From Deltaproteobacteria bacterium (GTDB lineage Bacteria; Desulfobacterota; Desulfobulbia; Desulfobulbales; SURF-16): a stretch of 62,327 nucleotides of DNA. Every line of letters starts with the position of its first letter. The stretch's first letter is position 1. The notes below the pieces were generated by a model. The model was given only the letters and a program-made list of their open reading frames with translations. It was not told the origin of the DNA and made no database searches. Location of the stretch: assembly GCA_024277655.1 (NCBI GenBank), contig JAJRUT010000117.1, positions 1 to 62,327 of the forward strand, read 5' to 3'. This document shows, piece by piece, positions 31,335 through 40,690 of this stretch. The position numbers and the translations under genes are program-made.

Positions 31335-32213
31335 ATGCTCAATAAACACCATATCTCAGGCTACATTCTTGCCGTTAATCTCATTATTGTTGTGGCTGGA
31401 TGCGGGGGAACAAGCCAAACCTCAGGAACCACCGCGACGGCAATACCCTTGGATAACAACAAGTTACCCCAACATCAGCAGGAGTACCACCCACACCCTT
31501 TTTGGGAAGAATCGCTACGCAAGCCGACCTTGAACAGTCGTCAGGGCAGACGGTATGGCGAACCACCACCGATCCCGGAAGTGACACCTGCCATGGAGCA
31601 ATTACCCGCAATGACCATCACGGCTGAAATTAAACACCAGAACGGAGATTCAATCCACCATTTTACCCGTATCATCACCCGTACCAAGAACCGGCTTCAT
31701 GTTAACTATAAACAGCAGGGGCAAGAATGGCTTTTCACCCAAAATCCGGTGGATGGACGTCGCGCCTTCGGGCAACTAATTGACTACCAGAATAGCGTTA
31801 TCCTGGATTATCCGGATAGTGACCTGGCCGATGCCGGTGTTGGCAATGGCTGGAGTGAGATTATGGCCATGGGAATCCCTCTGAGTTTCATAAAGAGATT
31901 ACAGCCAACTGGCAAATCAGAAGAAAAATACGGGATAGTTTTTAAGCAGTATATACGCAAAGACAGCAACGTTTCAGAGAATAAACAAATGAATGAACTA
32001 TGGTGGAGTAGCGCTTATTTTCTGCCTTTACGCATTGTCCGGGACAATGGTTCCTGGATACAGGAATTGACCGCCATACGCTTTGAGATTAACCAGGATG
32101 TCCTTCAATCCCCCCATAGTCGTTTTCCAACCTATAGCTCTTTTGACAAGGCCGACTGGAAAAGCTGTGATGCCAACCATCCGGATATTCATAGCCAAAA
32201 TGATTCCCGTTAA
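31335..32213 (+). CDS. hypothetical lipoprotein
   Basis: AAGGAG RBS, signal peptide with lipobox VAGC. No recognisable domain. Confidence 0.55.
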   Translation: MLNKHHISGYILAVNLIIVVAGCGGTSQTSGTTATAIPLDNNKLPQHQQEYHPHPFWEESLRKPTLNSRQGRRYGEPPPIPEVTPAMEQLPAMTITAEIKHQNGDSIHHFTRIITRTKNRLHVNYKQQGQEWLFTQNPVDGRRAFGQLIDYQNSVILDYPDSDLADAGVGNGWSEIMAMGIPLSFIKRLQPTGKSEEKYGIVFKQYIRKDSNVSENKQMNELWWSSAYFLPLRIVRDNGSWIQELTAIRFEINQDVLQSPHSRFPTYSSFDKADWKSCDANHPDIHSQNDSR

Positions 32214-32428
32214 GAGTTAAACAGCATGAATTGAGATGCAATCGCAACAGCGATGAATCGTGTAATCACCCAGGGCAAACATACCCATCCTTGCCGTTAG
32301 GTCACGCACACCTCACACCAAAAGAGTTTTGCCTATTGCCAGACCCCACCCACTAGGCTATTATTGCTTTATAAAGGAAAAGTACCAGTCCCACCCTTTT
32401 CTTGAGTTCATCACCAATAATCAGGAAA

Positions 32429-34042
32429 ATGCCCTTGAAAATTGTCTCGATAGCCATGGTTCTGATCGGTGTTGTCCTGCTGGCCTTGGCACTCAACCCC
32501 ACTAGAAAAATCTGTCGTCGCAAACATAGAGTTTACACCTCGTGGAAGTTTCTTGCTGTCCTCATTCTGTTCTTTATCGCCGGTTATCTTCTGTTTTTTA
32601 ACATGATACTGAATACGCCAGCCACGACCCTGGAAATGATCGTGGCCACTATCCTGTTCAGCGGCGCTATTTTTGTCATCACAGTGGTTAATTTGAGCCT
32701 GGCCTCCATTAGGCTCAGTGAACATTTTGCCGCGCGTGAACGCCACCGGGCCCTGCACGATGAGCTCACAGAACTGCCAAACAGAGTTCTCGCCGAGGAG
32801 CAACTCGACCATGGATTGCAAATCTGCAAACGCAACCGTACTCCCCTGGCCTTCCTCCTTATGGATCTTGTCCGCTTTAAGGAGATTAATGACTCTCTTG
32901 GTCATTTTTACGGTGATTATCTACTCCAGGAGGTAGCCCACCGGATGCGAAAGGTGGTTCGAAAATGTGACACCTTGGCCCGCTTTGGCGGCGATGAATT
33001 TGCCATGGTGCTGCCCGATACCACTCTGGAGCAGGCCGTGTTGATCAGTACGAAGATTGCCAATGCCCTGGATCAACCCTTTATGATTGAGGGGCATAGC
33101 CTCAAGGTTGGTATCAGCATCGGTATTGCCATGTACCCTGAGCATGGAACAGACAGCGAGACCCTGATTCAGCATGCCGATATTGCCATGTATGAGGCTA
33201 AACGTAATGATGTTGTCTATGCCGTCTTCAACATTGAGCAGCATCGAACAACCTTTAACAGACTGGTCATGGTCGGAGAACTGCGCGACGCCATCGCCAA
33301 CGACGATATGTTCCTCTGTTATCAACCCAAGATATCCATCCGTGACAAGAGATTGATCGGAGTTGAGGCCCTAGCCCGCTGGCAACACATGGAGAAAGGT
33401 ATTATCGACCCAGATGACTTTATTTCCCTGGCCGAACAAACCGGACTCTGCAAACCATTTACCAATCTAGTCCTTGACAAGGCCCTGGGCCAATGTGCCA
33501 AATGGCAGGCAGAGGGGTTTCACATTCCTGTCGCCGTAAACCTGTCCCTCAAGAACCTCCATGACCTCGACTTCCCCGCCGATGTTGAACACCTCCTTAA
33601 AAAATGGCAGATCAAGCCTGAGATGTTACTCCTCGAGATTACTGAAAGTAGTCTTATCATTGACCAGAAAAGAGTTACCAAGGTGATTAGCAAACTTACA
33701 AAGATGGGCCTACACCTCTCCATCGATGATTTTGGCACAGGCTATTCATCCATCTCCTATCTGAAACAATTCCCGGCCCGCGAAATCAAAATCGACAAGT
33801 CTTTTATCATAGGCATGCTTGACAATGAAGACAACGCCGTAATTGTTAAGTCCACCATTGAGATGATCCATAATATTGGTCGTAAGGTCGTGGCAGAAGG
33901 TGTCGAAGATGAAGACACCATGCAGTTTTTGATGGAGCTTGAATGCGACATCATCCAGGGTTTTCATCTCTGCCGACCATTACCCGCAAATGAGCTGCGA
34001 GAATGGCTCAACACCACGGCCTGGACCATCAAAAAGCAATAG
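32429..34042 (+). CDS. membrane-anchored GGDEF-EAL protein
   Basis: Three predicted TM helices, RFGGDEF, and EAL-domain motifs (EALARW, EITES, DDFGTGYSS, KIDKSF, EGVED). ATG 32429 is preferred over the upstream TTG 32402. Confidence 0.85.
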   Translation: MPLKIVSIAMVLIGVVLLALALNPTRKICRRKHRVYTSWKFLAVLILFFIAGYLLFFNMILNTPATTLEMIVATILFSGAIFVITVVNLSLASIRLSEHFAARERHRALHDELTELPNRVLAEEQLDHGLQICKRNRTPLAFLLMDLVRFKEINDSLGHFYGDYLLQEVAHRMRKVVRKCDTLARFGGDEFAMVLPDTTLEQAVLISTKIANALDQPFMIEGHSLKVGISIGIAMYPEHGTDSETLIQHADIAMYEAKRNDVVYAVFNIEQHRTTFNRLVMVGELRDAIANDDMFLCYQPKISIRDKRLIGVEALARWQHMEKGIIDPDDFISLAEQTGLCKPFTNLVLDKALGQCAKWQAEGFHIPVAVNLSLKNLHDLDFPADVEHLLKKWQIKPEMLLLEITESSLIIDQKRVTKVISKLTKMGLHLSIDDFGTGYSSISYLKQFPAREIKIDKSFIIGMLDNEDNAVIVKSTIEMIHNIGRKVVAEGVEDEDTMQFLMELECDIIQGFHLCRPLPANELREWLNTTAWTIKKQ

Positions 34043-34069
34043 CTCACCTCTCAGGTGGGCTCAGTGGTG

Positions 34070-34312
34070 TCAGGCTTTTTTCACCAAAATGGACCAGGCG
34101 CCATCGGCAAGCTGCTCTTTTCCCAGGATAATATGTTTCTCCCGCTCAAGAGAGCCAGGCACATTATTAATAGGTGGCCCATCATCAAGGATCACCTCCA
34201 GAACCTGACCAGACTCAAGCTTTGCCAGCTCAACCTTTGTGTAGACAAGGTTCATTGGACATCCAACCCCCCGACAGTTTCTAACAGCGTCAGACTTTCT
34301 ACTTTGTGCCAT
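34070..34312 (-). CDS. TusA-family sulfurtransferase
   Basis: 80-aa ORF with a conserved Cys-Pro motif (GVGCPMNLV). AGGAGG RBS. Confidence 0.8.
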   Translation of the reverse strand: MAQSRKSDAVRNCRGVGCPMNLVYTKVELAKLESGQVLEVILDDGPPINNVPGSLEREKHIILGKEQLADGAWSILVKKA

Positions 34313-34323
34313 AAACTCCCCTC

Positions 34324-34725
34324 CTACCCTTCGACAATCTCAATTTCTTCAAGGGATACATTCCCTTTGCATATCTTGAACGATTTGATGGTGATATTTT
34401 CCGGATCAGCCAGGGAAATAATAACATGACTTATATTCGGGTCATAGGCCAAACGAATATCCTCTTCAGAAGGACGGGATGGCGTTTCCGGATGACTATG
34501 ATAAACAGCCAGCAAGGTAGTACCCTGCTCCCGCATATCTTTTACCGCAGCAAATTGCTCATTGGGATCCATGGAGAAATGATCCGCAGCCTTATCAAGG
34601 TTAGTCATTTCATAATGATAATGAACCATGGTCTCATCACCGACAAGATAACCACATGCCTCATGCGGCATCTCCCTCTGGGCATGAGCGGTTATGGCCT
34701 TAATAACGGTATTGCTTATTTTCAC
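34324..34725 (-). CDS. JAMM/MPN+ metalloprotease (Mec/HcyD/QbsD-like)
   Basis: Glu in PHEACG plus HSHPETPSRPSEED, which completes the JAMM motif (E ... HxH ... S..D). Confidence 0.8.
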   Translation of the reverse strand: MKISNTVIKAITAHAQREMPHEACGYLVGDETMVHYHYEMTNLDKAADHFSMDPNEQFAAVKDMREQGTTLLAVYHSHPETPSRPSEEDIRLAYDPNISHVIISLADPENITIKSFKICKGNVSLEEIEIVEG

Positions 34726-34813
34726 TTGGGTAATTCCTCTATACTCTGCGTTTTTTACACCACTGACGACCAGTCATAAAGCTACAGACCAGGTAGACAT
34801 AGGTAGCGTATCA

Positions 34814-35617
34814 TTAAATACTACAAACTGCCTGTTCTGCATCCACCAGTTCTGTGATGGTGGGATTTTTACCACATATTGGGCAATCATCCTGACGCTG
34901 CAACTTGACCTTGCGAAAATGCATCTTTTTGGCATCAAAGGACAGGAGGGTGTCAGTGAGCAGATCACCAACGCCAATTATATATTTTAGGGCCTCTGTT
35001 GCCTGAATGGTACCAAGCATCCCGGCGATGGCACCCAGAACTCCAGCCTGGGAGCAGGTGGGTACCGCATCAGGTGGAGGAGGATTACGAAAGGTACACC
35101 GATAACAGGATGATTCCCCCGGTACCACGGTCATGGCCTGACCATCAAAGCGTAAAATACCACCGTGGGAAAAGGGAATGCCCTCCATAACACAAGCATC
35201 ATTAATCAGAAATTTTGCCGGAAAATTATCCGTCCCCTCAACAACAAAATCATAATCCTTGATTATCTCTCTGATATTGTCAGCACAGAGATATTTTTTA
35301 TAGGTCTTTACCACAAGATCAGGATTAATGGCCAGCATCTTCTCCTTGGCCGATTCAACCTTGGCAACATTAATATCCTTATGAAAATGGACAACCTGAC
35401 GTTGCAGGTTTGACAGGTCAACCACATCATTATCAACGATACCGATGGTTCCAACACCAGCCGCAGCAAGGTAGAGCGAGACAGGGGCTCCCAAACCGCC
35501 AGCGCCAACAATAAGCACCTTGGCCGATAATAATTTTTCCTGCCCCTCTACCCCCACCTCTTCAAGCAGGATGTGGCGACTGTAACGTTCCAGCTGTTCT
35601 TCAGTAAAATCCATCAT
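34814..35617 (-). CDS. ThiF/MoeB/HesA-family E1-like adenylyltransferase
   Basis: Nucleotide loop GAGGLG, CxxC pairs (CYRC, CPIC). No C-terminal rhodanese domain. Confidence 0.85.
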   Translation of the reverse strand: MMDFTEEQLERYSRHILLEEVGVEGQEKLLSAKVLIVGAGGLGAPVSLYLAAAGVGTIGIVDNDVVDLSNLQRQVVHFHKDINVAKVESAKEKMLAINPDLVVKTYKKYLCADNIREIIKDYDFVVEGTDNFPAKFLINDACVMEGIPFSHGGILRFDGQAMTVVPGESSCYRCTFRNPPPPDAVPTCSQAGVLGAIAGMLGTIQATEALKYIIGVGDLLTDTLLSFDAKKMHFRKVKLQRQDDCPICGKNPTITELVDAEQAVCSI

Positions 35618-36845
35618 AATAGTTCCAAGCCCTTTTCTAAGTCATTAAGTAAATCGTCCACATCCTCAATACCGACGGCCAGACGAATCATTGTTGGTCT
35701 GATCCCCATATCCTCCTTCTCCGCAGCGGAATATTCGCTGAAAATAGTTGCGAACGGATGAATAACCAGGGTTTTATTATCATTAATATTAGTTGCCCTT
35801 CTTATGATTTCCAGCTGATCCATCAGGGTATAACATTGTTCCATGCTATGTAAATCAAAGGTCAGAAGACCTCCAAACTTACCATTGAACTGCATCTTCG
35901 CCACCGGCGAAGATGCGGCCCCGGCAAGCCCCGGATAATGGACACTTTTCACCTTTGGGTGCTTCTGCAGATACTTGGCAATCTGCATACTATTCTGGCA
36001 ACTCTTGTCAATCCTTAAGGCCATTGTTTCCAGGCCAAGACTCTGCATATAGGCATTATGGGGCGCCAGACAGGCCCCGACATCACGGTATATCTCCTGC
36101 CGCAGGCTACCGATAAAGGCCATGGGTCCAAACTTCCCCGCCTTCTCCGCAAATTTTTCCGACTGCTTCCAGTCAAAAATACCATTATCAATAATCAGCC
36201 CACCCACCGTGGTGCCGCCGCCGGAGATGTATTTGGTACTGGAGAGCACCTCAATATCTACCCCGGCAGCCTTGCTGTTAAACAGGTAAGGGGTCATCAG
36301 GGTGTTATCCAGGACCAGAGGTACACCATGTTTTTTGTTATTGCACTGATCCCAGCGCAATCAGCAACCTCAAGCTGAGGATTGGTGATGGACTCCATAA
36401 AAACAGCACAGGTATCCTCATCGATGGCCCTGTCAATTTCTGAGAGATCCGTCATTGACACATACCTTACACTGAGCCCCCACGAAGCCAGGGTCTTTTG
36501 AAAAAGCGACAGGGTATTACCAAAAAGATACTTTGAAGTCACCACGTTCTTACCGGCACCACCCAGGGCCAGAATGGTATTACTAATAGCCGCCATGCCC
36601 GAAGAAACTGCAAGGACAGCCATGCCACCCGACAGAACCCGGATTGTCTGTTCAAAAAAATCAACCGTTGGATTGGATATTCGCGAGTAGGCGTGGGCCG
36701 GTTTTTTGCCCTCAAAGGTCAACTGAATTGAGCGGGAATCCTCGTGTTCAAAGGTCACGGTATCATACACAGGAACCCGTAGTGAACCATGTAAATCCTT
36801 TTTATTGCGGATGCCATGCAGGGCTTTGGTTGTAAATCCTAGCAC
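35614..36845 (-). pseudogene. metY: O-acetylhomoserine sulfhydrylase-family PLP enzyme (MetY-like), interrupted by 1-nt frameshift (real or assembly error)
   Basis: ORFs 36297-36845 (182 aa) and 35614-36360 (248 aa) are the N- and C-parts of one Cys/Met-metabolism PLP enzyme (PLP Lys in SSTKYISG). Frames join at the T6 run 36331-36336. One extra base gives ...ISAITKKHGVPLVLDNT... Confidence 0.85.
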
Positions 36846-37057
36846 TTGCCTGCCCCACCACCCATGAAGTACAAAAACTCAACCTCATCCTTGTCATTTA
36901 TAGCTGTTTTATCGTAGCTGTCGCGGTCGACAATGGCACCGTTTAGTTGCACGGAAACCATATCCGGCGACTCCACATCCTTTAACTTAAGCAAATCTCC
37001 GACAGATAGCTGCTCTGCTGTAATCTCTTCTGCTTCACCATTAATTGATACATTCAT
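36839..37057 (-). CDS. ThiS/MoaD-family sulfur carrier protein with C-terminal extension past Gly-Gly
   Basis: 72-aa product MNVSINGE...FMGGGAGKC. AAGGAG lies 7 nt before ATG 37057. The stop overlaps the GTG start of metY (GTGCTAG). Confidence 0.75.
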   Translation of the reverse strand: MNVSINGEAEEITAEQLSVGDLLKLKDVESPDMVSVQLNGAIVDRDSYDKTAINDKDEVEFLYFMGGGAGKC

Positions 37058-37569
37058 AACACTTCTCCTTTCTTCCACAGCCTTGAATCAGCAAGTGGCA
37101 ATTGATACGATTGTTTTTCACTGCTTAAAACCACAGTGGTTTCGACCTTACCGACACCCGGCACATCAATCAGGGTATCGATCACAAAATTTCGATAGGC
37201 ATTGATGGACGAGGAGATAATCTTCAACAGATAGTCATAGTTGCCGGAAATATTATAACACTCCATCACATTTGGTATTTCGCGGATACTGGCAAGAAAT
37301 GATTCTGTCGTCTCCCTGTCATGGGGCGAAAGAGTAACAAAAACATAGGTCACCACTTCAAGTCCAGCCTTTTGCTCATCAAGAATTGCGACAAAGTGTT
37401 TTATAACACCAGCCTCCTTCAGACGTTTACTCCGGCCCAGACATGCCGAGGCAGACAGCCCCACCTGTTTAGCCAACTCGGCGTTAGTGATGGTTGCATC
37501 CTCCTGCAGACGGGTGAGTATGGCAAGATCTATTTTGTCAAACATGGTACCTGAATTTTCGTTAGACAT
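37054..37569 (-). CDS. Lrp/AsnC-family transcriptional regulator
   Basis: HTH (ITNAELAKQVGLSASACLGRSKRL) followed by an AsnC-type ligand-binding domain. The stop overlaps the carrier-protein ATG (ATGA). Confidence 0.85.
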   Translation of the reverse strand: MSNENSGTMFDKIDLAILTRLQEDATITNAELAKQVGLSASACLGRSKRLKEAGVIKHFVAILDEQKAGLEVVTYVFVTLSPHDRETTESFLASIREIPNVMECYNISGNYDYLLKIISSSINAYRNFVIDTLIDVPGVGKVETTVVLSSEKQSYQLPLADSRLWKKGEVL

Positions 37570-37772
37570 TTCGCCCCCATTCTCATTATGATAATTAGAC
37601 CCAGCCTGGTTACAAAGCACTATATTTCTTCCATACCACCTTTGCAAGCATAAAATTCACCACTTGACCAAAAAAACAGAATATTCCACTGCATTAGAAC
37701 AACAGACACTACATTACACCGCCAAGAAGCCGGTTCACCCGAAGATGAGCGTAGAGAAACAACGGAGAAAAT

Positions 37773-38561
37773 ATGCCAACCACACAAGTCAACGGGATTG
37801 ATCTATACTACGAGATTACCGGCAAAGGTGACCCCCTGTTATTTATCCATGGCTTAGGCTCCAGCACGCGTGACTGGGAAGAACAGGTAAGTTACTTTGC
37901 CCGCCATTACCAGGTGGTCGTTTTTGACGTGCGCGGTCATGGCCAGTCGGCGAAACCCGCTGGGCCATACAGTATAGAACTCTTTGCCAGCGACACAGCA
38001 AAGCTGCTCCAAAACCTTGGCATCACCAGGACACACGTCGTTGGGATCTCCATGGGGGGGATGATTGCTTTTCAGCTGGCTGCACGCCAACCGCAAATGC
38101 TAAAGAGTCTGATTATTGTTAACAGCCAACCGGAATTTATTGTTCGAACCTGCAGGGAGAGAATACGGGTCTGGCAGAGATTTTTAACCGTCAGACTATT
38201 AGGGATGAGGGTGCTGGGGAAATTCTTGAGCAGACGACTTTTCCCCAAACCGGAACATGAAAATTTACGCCGAGTATTTATCCGGAGATGGGCCGAGAAC
38301 GATTCCCTAGCGTACCGGGAATCAATGAAGGCCATAATTGGCTGGAGCGTGATGGAACAAATAGGGGACATCGACTGCCCAACCCTGGTGATAGCCTCAG
38401 ATGAAGACTACACACCGCTCAGGACAAAACAGGCCTATGTAAAGCAACTGGCCCACGGGAAAATGGTCATTATCAACGATGCGAGACACGCTGTACCAGT
38501 GGAACGACCAGCACAATTCAACGCTGTGCTTGCCACATTTCTTGGCGAGCACAGCGCCTAA
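37773..38561 (+). CDS. alpha/beta hydrolase
   Basis: HGLGSS oxyanion region, nucleophile elbow GISMGG, C-terminal His (ARHAV). Confidence 0.8.
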   Translation: MPTTQVNGIDLYYEITGKGDPLLFIHGLGSSTRDWEEQVSYFARHYQVVVFDVRGHGQSAKPAGPYSIELFASDTAKLLQNLGITRTHVVGISMGGMIAFQLAARQPQMLKSLIIVNSQPEFIVRTCRERIRVWQRFLTVRLLGMRVLGKFLSRRLFPKPEHENLRRVFIRRWAENDSLAYRESMKAIIGWSVMEQIGDIDCPTLVIASDEDYTPLRTKQAYVKQLAHGKMVIINDARHAVPVERPAQFNAVLATFLGEHSA

Positions 38562-38563
38562 GC

Positions 38564-38689
38564 TTACTCGGCAATGGCCGGTTTAAATACCGCCATAATG
38601 AGGATAGCAACCAGAAGCAAACCAATACCACCCTGAACCACAACATGGACAAGCAGGGCTAAAAGCCCTAAAATAACACCTCGTTTCAT
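38564..38689 (-). CDS. 41-aa hydrophobic small protein (not in ORF track)
   Basis: MKRGVILGLLALLVHVVVQGGIGLLLVAILIMAVFKPAIAE. GGGAGG lies 7 nt upstream of the ATG. Located downstream of the acyltransferase gene. Confidence 0.4.
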   Translation of the reverse strand: MKRGVILGLLALLVHVVVQGGIGLLLVAILIMAVFKPAIAE

Positions 38690-38778
38690 AACAAACCTCC
38701 CGGTATGGCCCACATTAACGGTAAACCCCATGCTTAAAAAGCCTAAACCCTAACTTCTGAATCCTGAATCCTCACTTC

Positions 38779-39477
38779 TCACCCAGGCGCATGGTCTTCA
38801 ATACCGAACACCGCCCACGCCTCGTTATACAAACCATTTAAACGATCTTCCAGTAATTTTCGATACCTCTCCAACCCATCAGCATCAAGTTTTGGCGGAA
38901 CATGTAACGGCTCCCCAACAATCTTAATCATCCTGGAAAAAGGCAAGGGAATCATGGTACGATCCCAACTGCGAAATACCTTATACCTCTCAAAAGACCA
39001 GCCCATAGGCAGAATTGGAATACCGGTGCGACTGGCCAGCAGCACCCCGCCGGCCTGAGCAATACGGGCTGGCCCCTGGGAACCATCAGCCACAAGTACC
39101 GGATGAAGCCCACGTTTGACTCCCTTTAAAAGTCCCTTCAAGGCGCCAACACCGCCAACATTCCGGGAACCCCGGACAGTTTCAACCCCCATGGCCTCCA
39201 GGATAGCAGCAATATAATCACCATCTCGACTGGCACTGGCCATGGCAATCTGTGGAGCCTGCCCCGAAGCAACTGCGGCGCAGACCACCCCGTAATGCCA
39301 AAAGGTAATAATAAACGGTTTACCCGAGGCGAGGAGCCTATCGTGGTACTCCTCACCCAGACGTTTCTTTTTCAGCGTCCAGAACAGAGGCAAAATCAGA
39401 ATTTTAAAGATAAGGGGAACCAGAAACACCAGCATTTTCTGTTTTAATTTCTTCTGTGATTTAGCCAAAAGCACCAC
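38779..39477 (-). CDS. DUF374 / lysophospholipid acyltransferase-family protein
   Basis: 232-aa ORF with an N-terminal TM. Conserved FWHY...ASASRDGDYIA...GSQGPA blocks, as I recall for DUF374. Confidence 0.65.
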   Translation of the reverse strand: MVLLAKSQKKLKQKMLVFLVPLIFKILILPLFWTLKKKRLGEEYHDRLLASGKPFIITFWHYGVVCAAVASGQAPQIAMASASRDGDYIAAILEAMGVETVRGSRNVGGVGALKGLLKGVKRGLHPVLVADGSQGPARIAQAGGVLLASRTGIPILPMGWSFERYKVFRSWDRTMIPLPFSRMIKIVGEPLHVPPKLDADGLERYRKLLEDRLNGLYNEAWAVFGIEDHAPG

Positions 39478-39512
39478 TCCCCTGAAAGGTTGAAGTCAAC
39501 ACCGAGCCTTAA

Positions 39513-40478
39513 TTAATACTTCATCCCCATACGATCCCGAACAAGATCAATTGTTTTCACCGCATGTCCACGGGCCTTTTCGGCACCTTTGGCCAACACC
39601 TCCCGCAGATAACCCTGATCCGCCACAAGCTCTTCCCGCTTTTCCCTTGCCTCCCGGAAATATTCCCAGAGAATTTCCACCAGCTCAAGCTTTACGTAGC
39701 CATAGCCGGCGCCACCATTAAGATACTGGTCACGCACAGCCTCAGTGCGTTCCGGAGGAGCAAAGATCTTGAAGATATTAAAGAGATTGCACTTCTCAGG
39801 ATCCTTGATATCCTCAATGGCAGCAGCGTCAGTGACAATGGCCATCACATTTTTTTTAAGCTGTTTTGCCGTTTGAAAAATACCAATAGTATTACCATAC
39901 GACTTTGACATCTTGGCCCCATCCGTACCAGGTACGGTGGCCAGATCTGCGGATATCTGCGGCTCTGGCAAAACAAAGGTTTCACCAAAGGCATTATTAA
40001 ACTTTATGGCAATATCCCGCGCCACTTCCAGATGCTGTTTCTGATCTTTACCAACCGGAACCACCTCGGCCTGGAACAGCAGGATATCTGCCGCCATAAG
40101 CACCGGGTAGGAAAAAAGACCGTGGGAAGATAAAATCCCCTTGGCAACCTTATCCTTATAAGAGTGACAACGCTCCAGGAGCCCCATGGGGGTCAGGGAT
40201 GATAAATACCACATCAACTCCGTCACCTCAGGCACATCGGATTGAACCCAAAATACCGCTTGATCTGGATCCAGACCAAGGGCCATAAAATCGGCAGCGG
40301 CCTCCAGAGTATCATTTGCCAACTGCTCGCGATTCTGCACCGAAGTAAGGGCATGCAAATTCACCACAAAGGCAAACAACTCCCCCCGCCCCATATTCTC
40401 TATCATCGGTTTCATCATGCCCAAATAATTGCCGACATGGAGTTTACCCGAGGGTTGTATTCCAGATAAAATTCTCAT
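39513..40478 (-). CDS. trpS: tryptophan--tRNA ligase
   Basis: Class-I signatures (GIQPSGKLHVGNY as HIGH-like, KMSKS). Confidence 0.95.
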   Translation of the reverse strand: MRILSGIQPSGKLHVGNYLGMMKPMIENMGRGELFAFVVNLHALTSVQNREQLANDTLEAAADFMALGLDPDQAVFWVQSDVPEVTELMWYLSSLTPMGLLERCHSYKDKVAKGILSSHGLFSYPVLMAADILLFQAEVVPVGKDQKQHLEVARDIAIKFNNAFGETFVLPEPQISADLATVPGTDGAKMSKSYGNTIGIFQTAKQLKKNVMAIVTDAAAIEDIKDPEKCNLFNIFKIFAPPERTEAVRDQYLNGGAGYGYVKLELVEILWEYFREAREKREELVADQGYLREVLAKGAEKARGHAVKTIDLVRDRMGMKY

Positions 40479-40596
40479 TACATACGCCTTTTAATAATCT
40501 TTAAAATAAACAGACTATAACCTTTTGAGCAGATCACAGCCAGTGATGCCTGTTTATAAACCATAATCGCCTCCATACATAAAGATTTTTCAGTGC

Positions 40597-40642
40597 AAAA
40601 AAAAAGGAGCACAGGGGATAAATCCCCTGTGCTCCTTTTTTT
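40597..40642 (-). terminator. rho-independent terminator after dnaK (bidirectional form)
   Basis: A9, GGAGCACAGGGGA-TAAA-TCCCCTGTGCTCC, T7. Confidence 0.8.
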
Positions 40643-40690
40643 ACAAGTCCGGTCAGTCTATCGAGTCCTGCTGACCAAGATGACATCCCT

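Noticed and set aside
34055-34779. Plus-strand ORFs (124 aa and 117 aa) antisense to tusA and the JAMM gene
   Set aside because: They are shadow ORFs opposite two genes that have clear catalytic motifs and RBSs.
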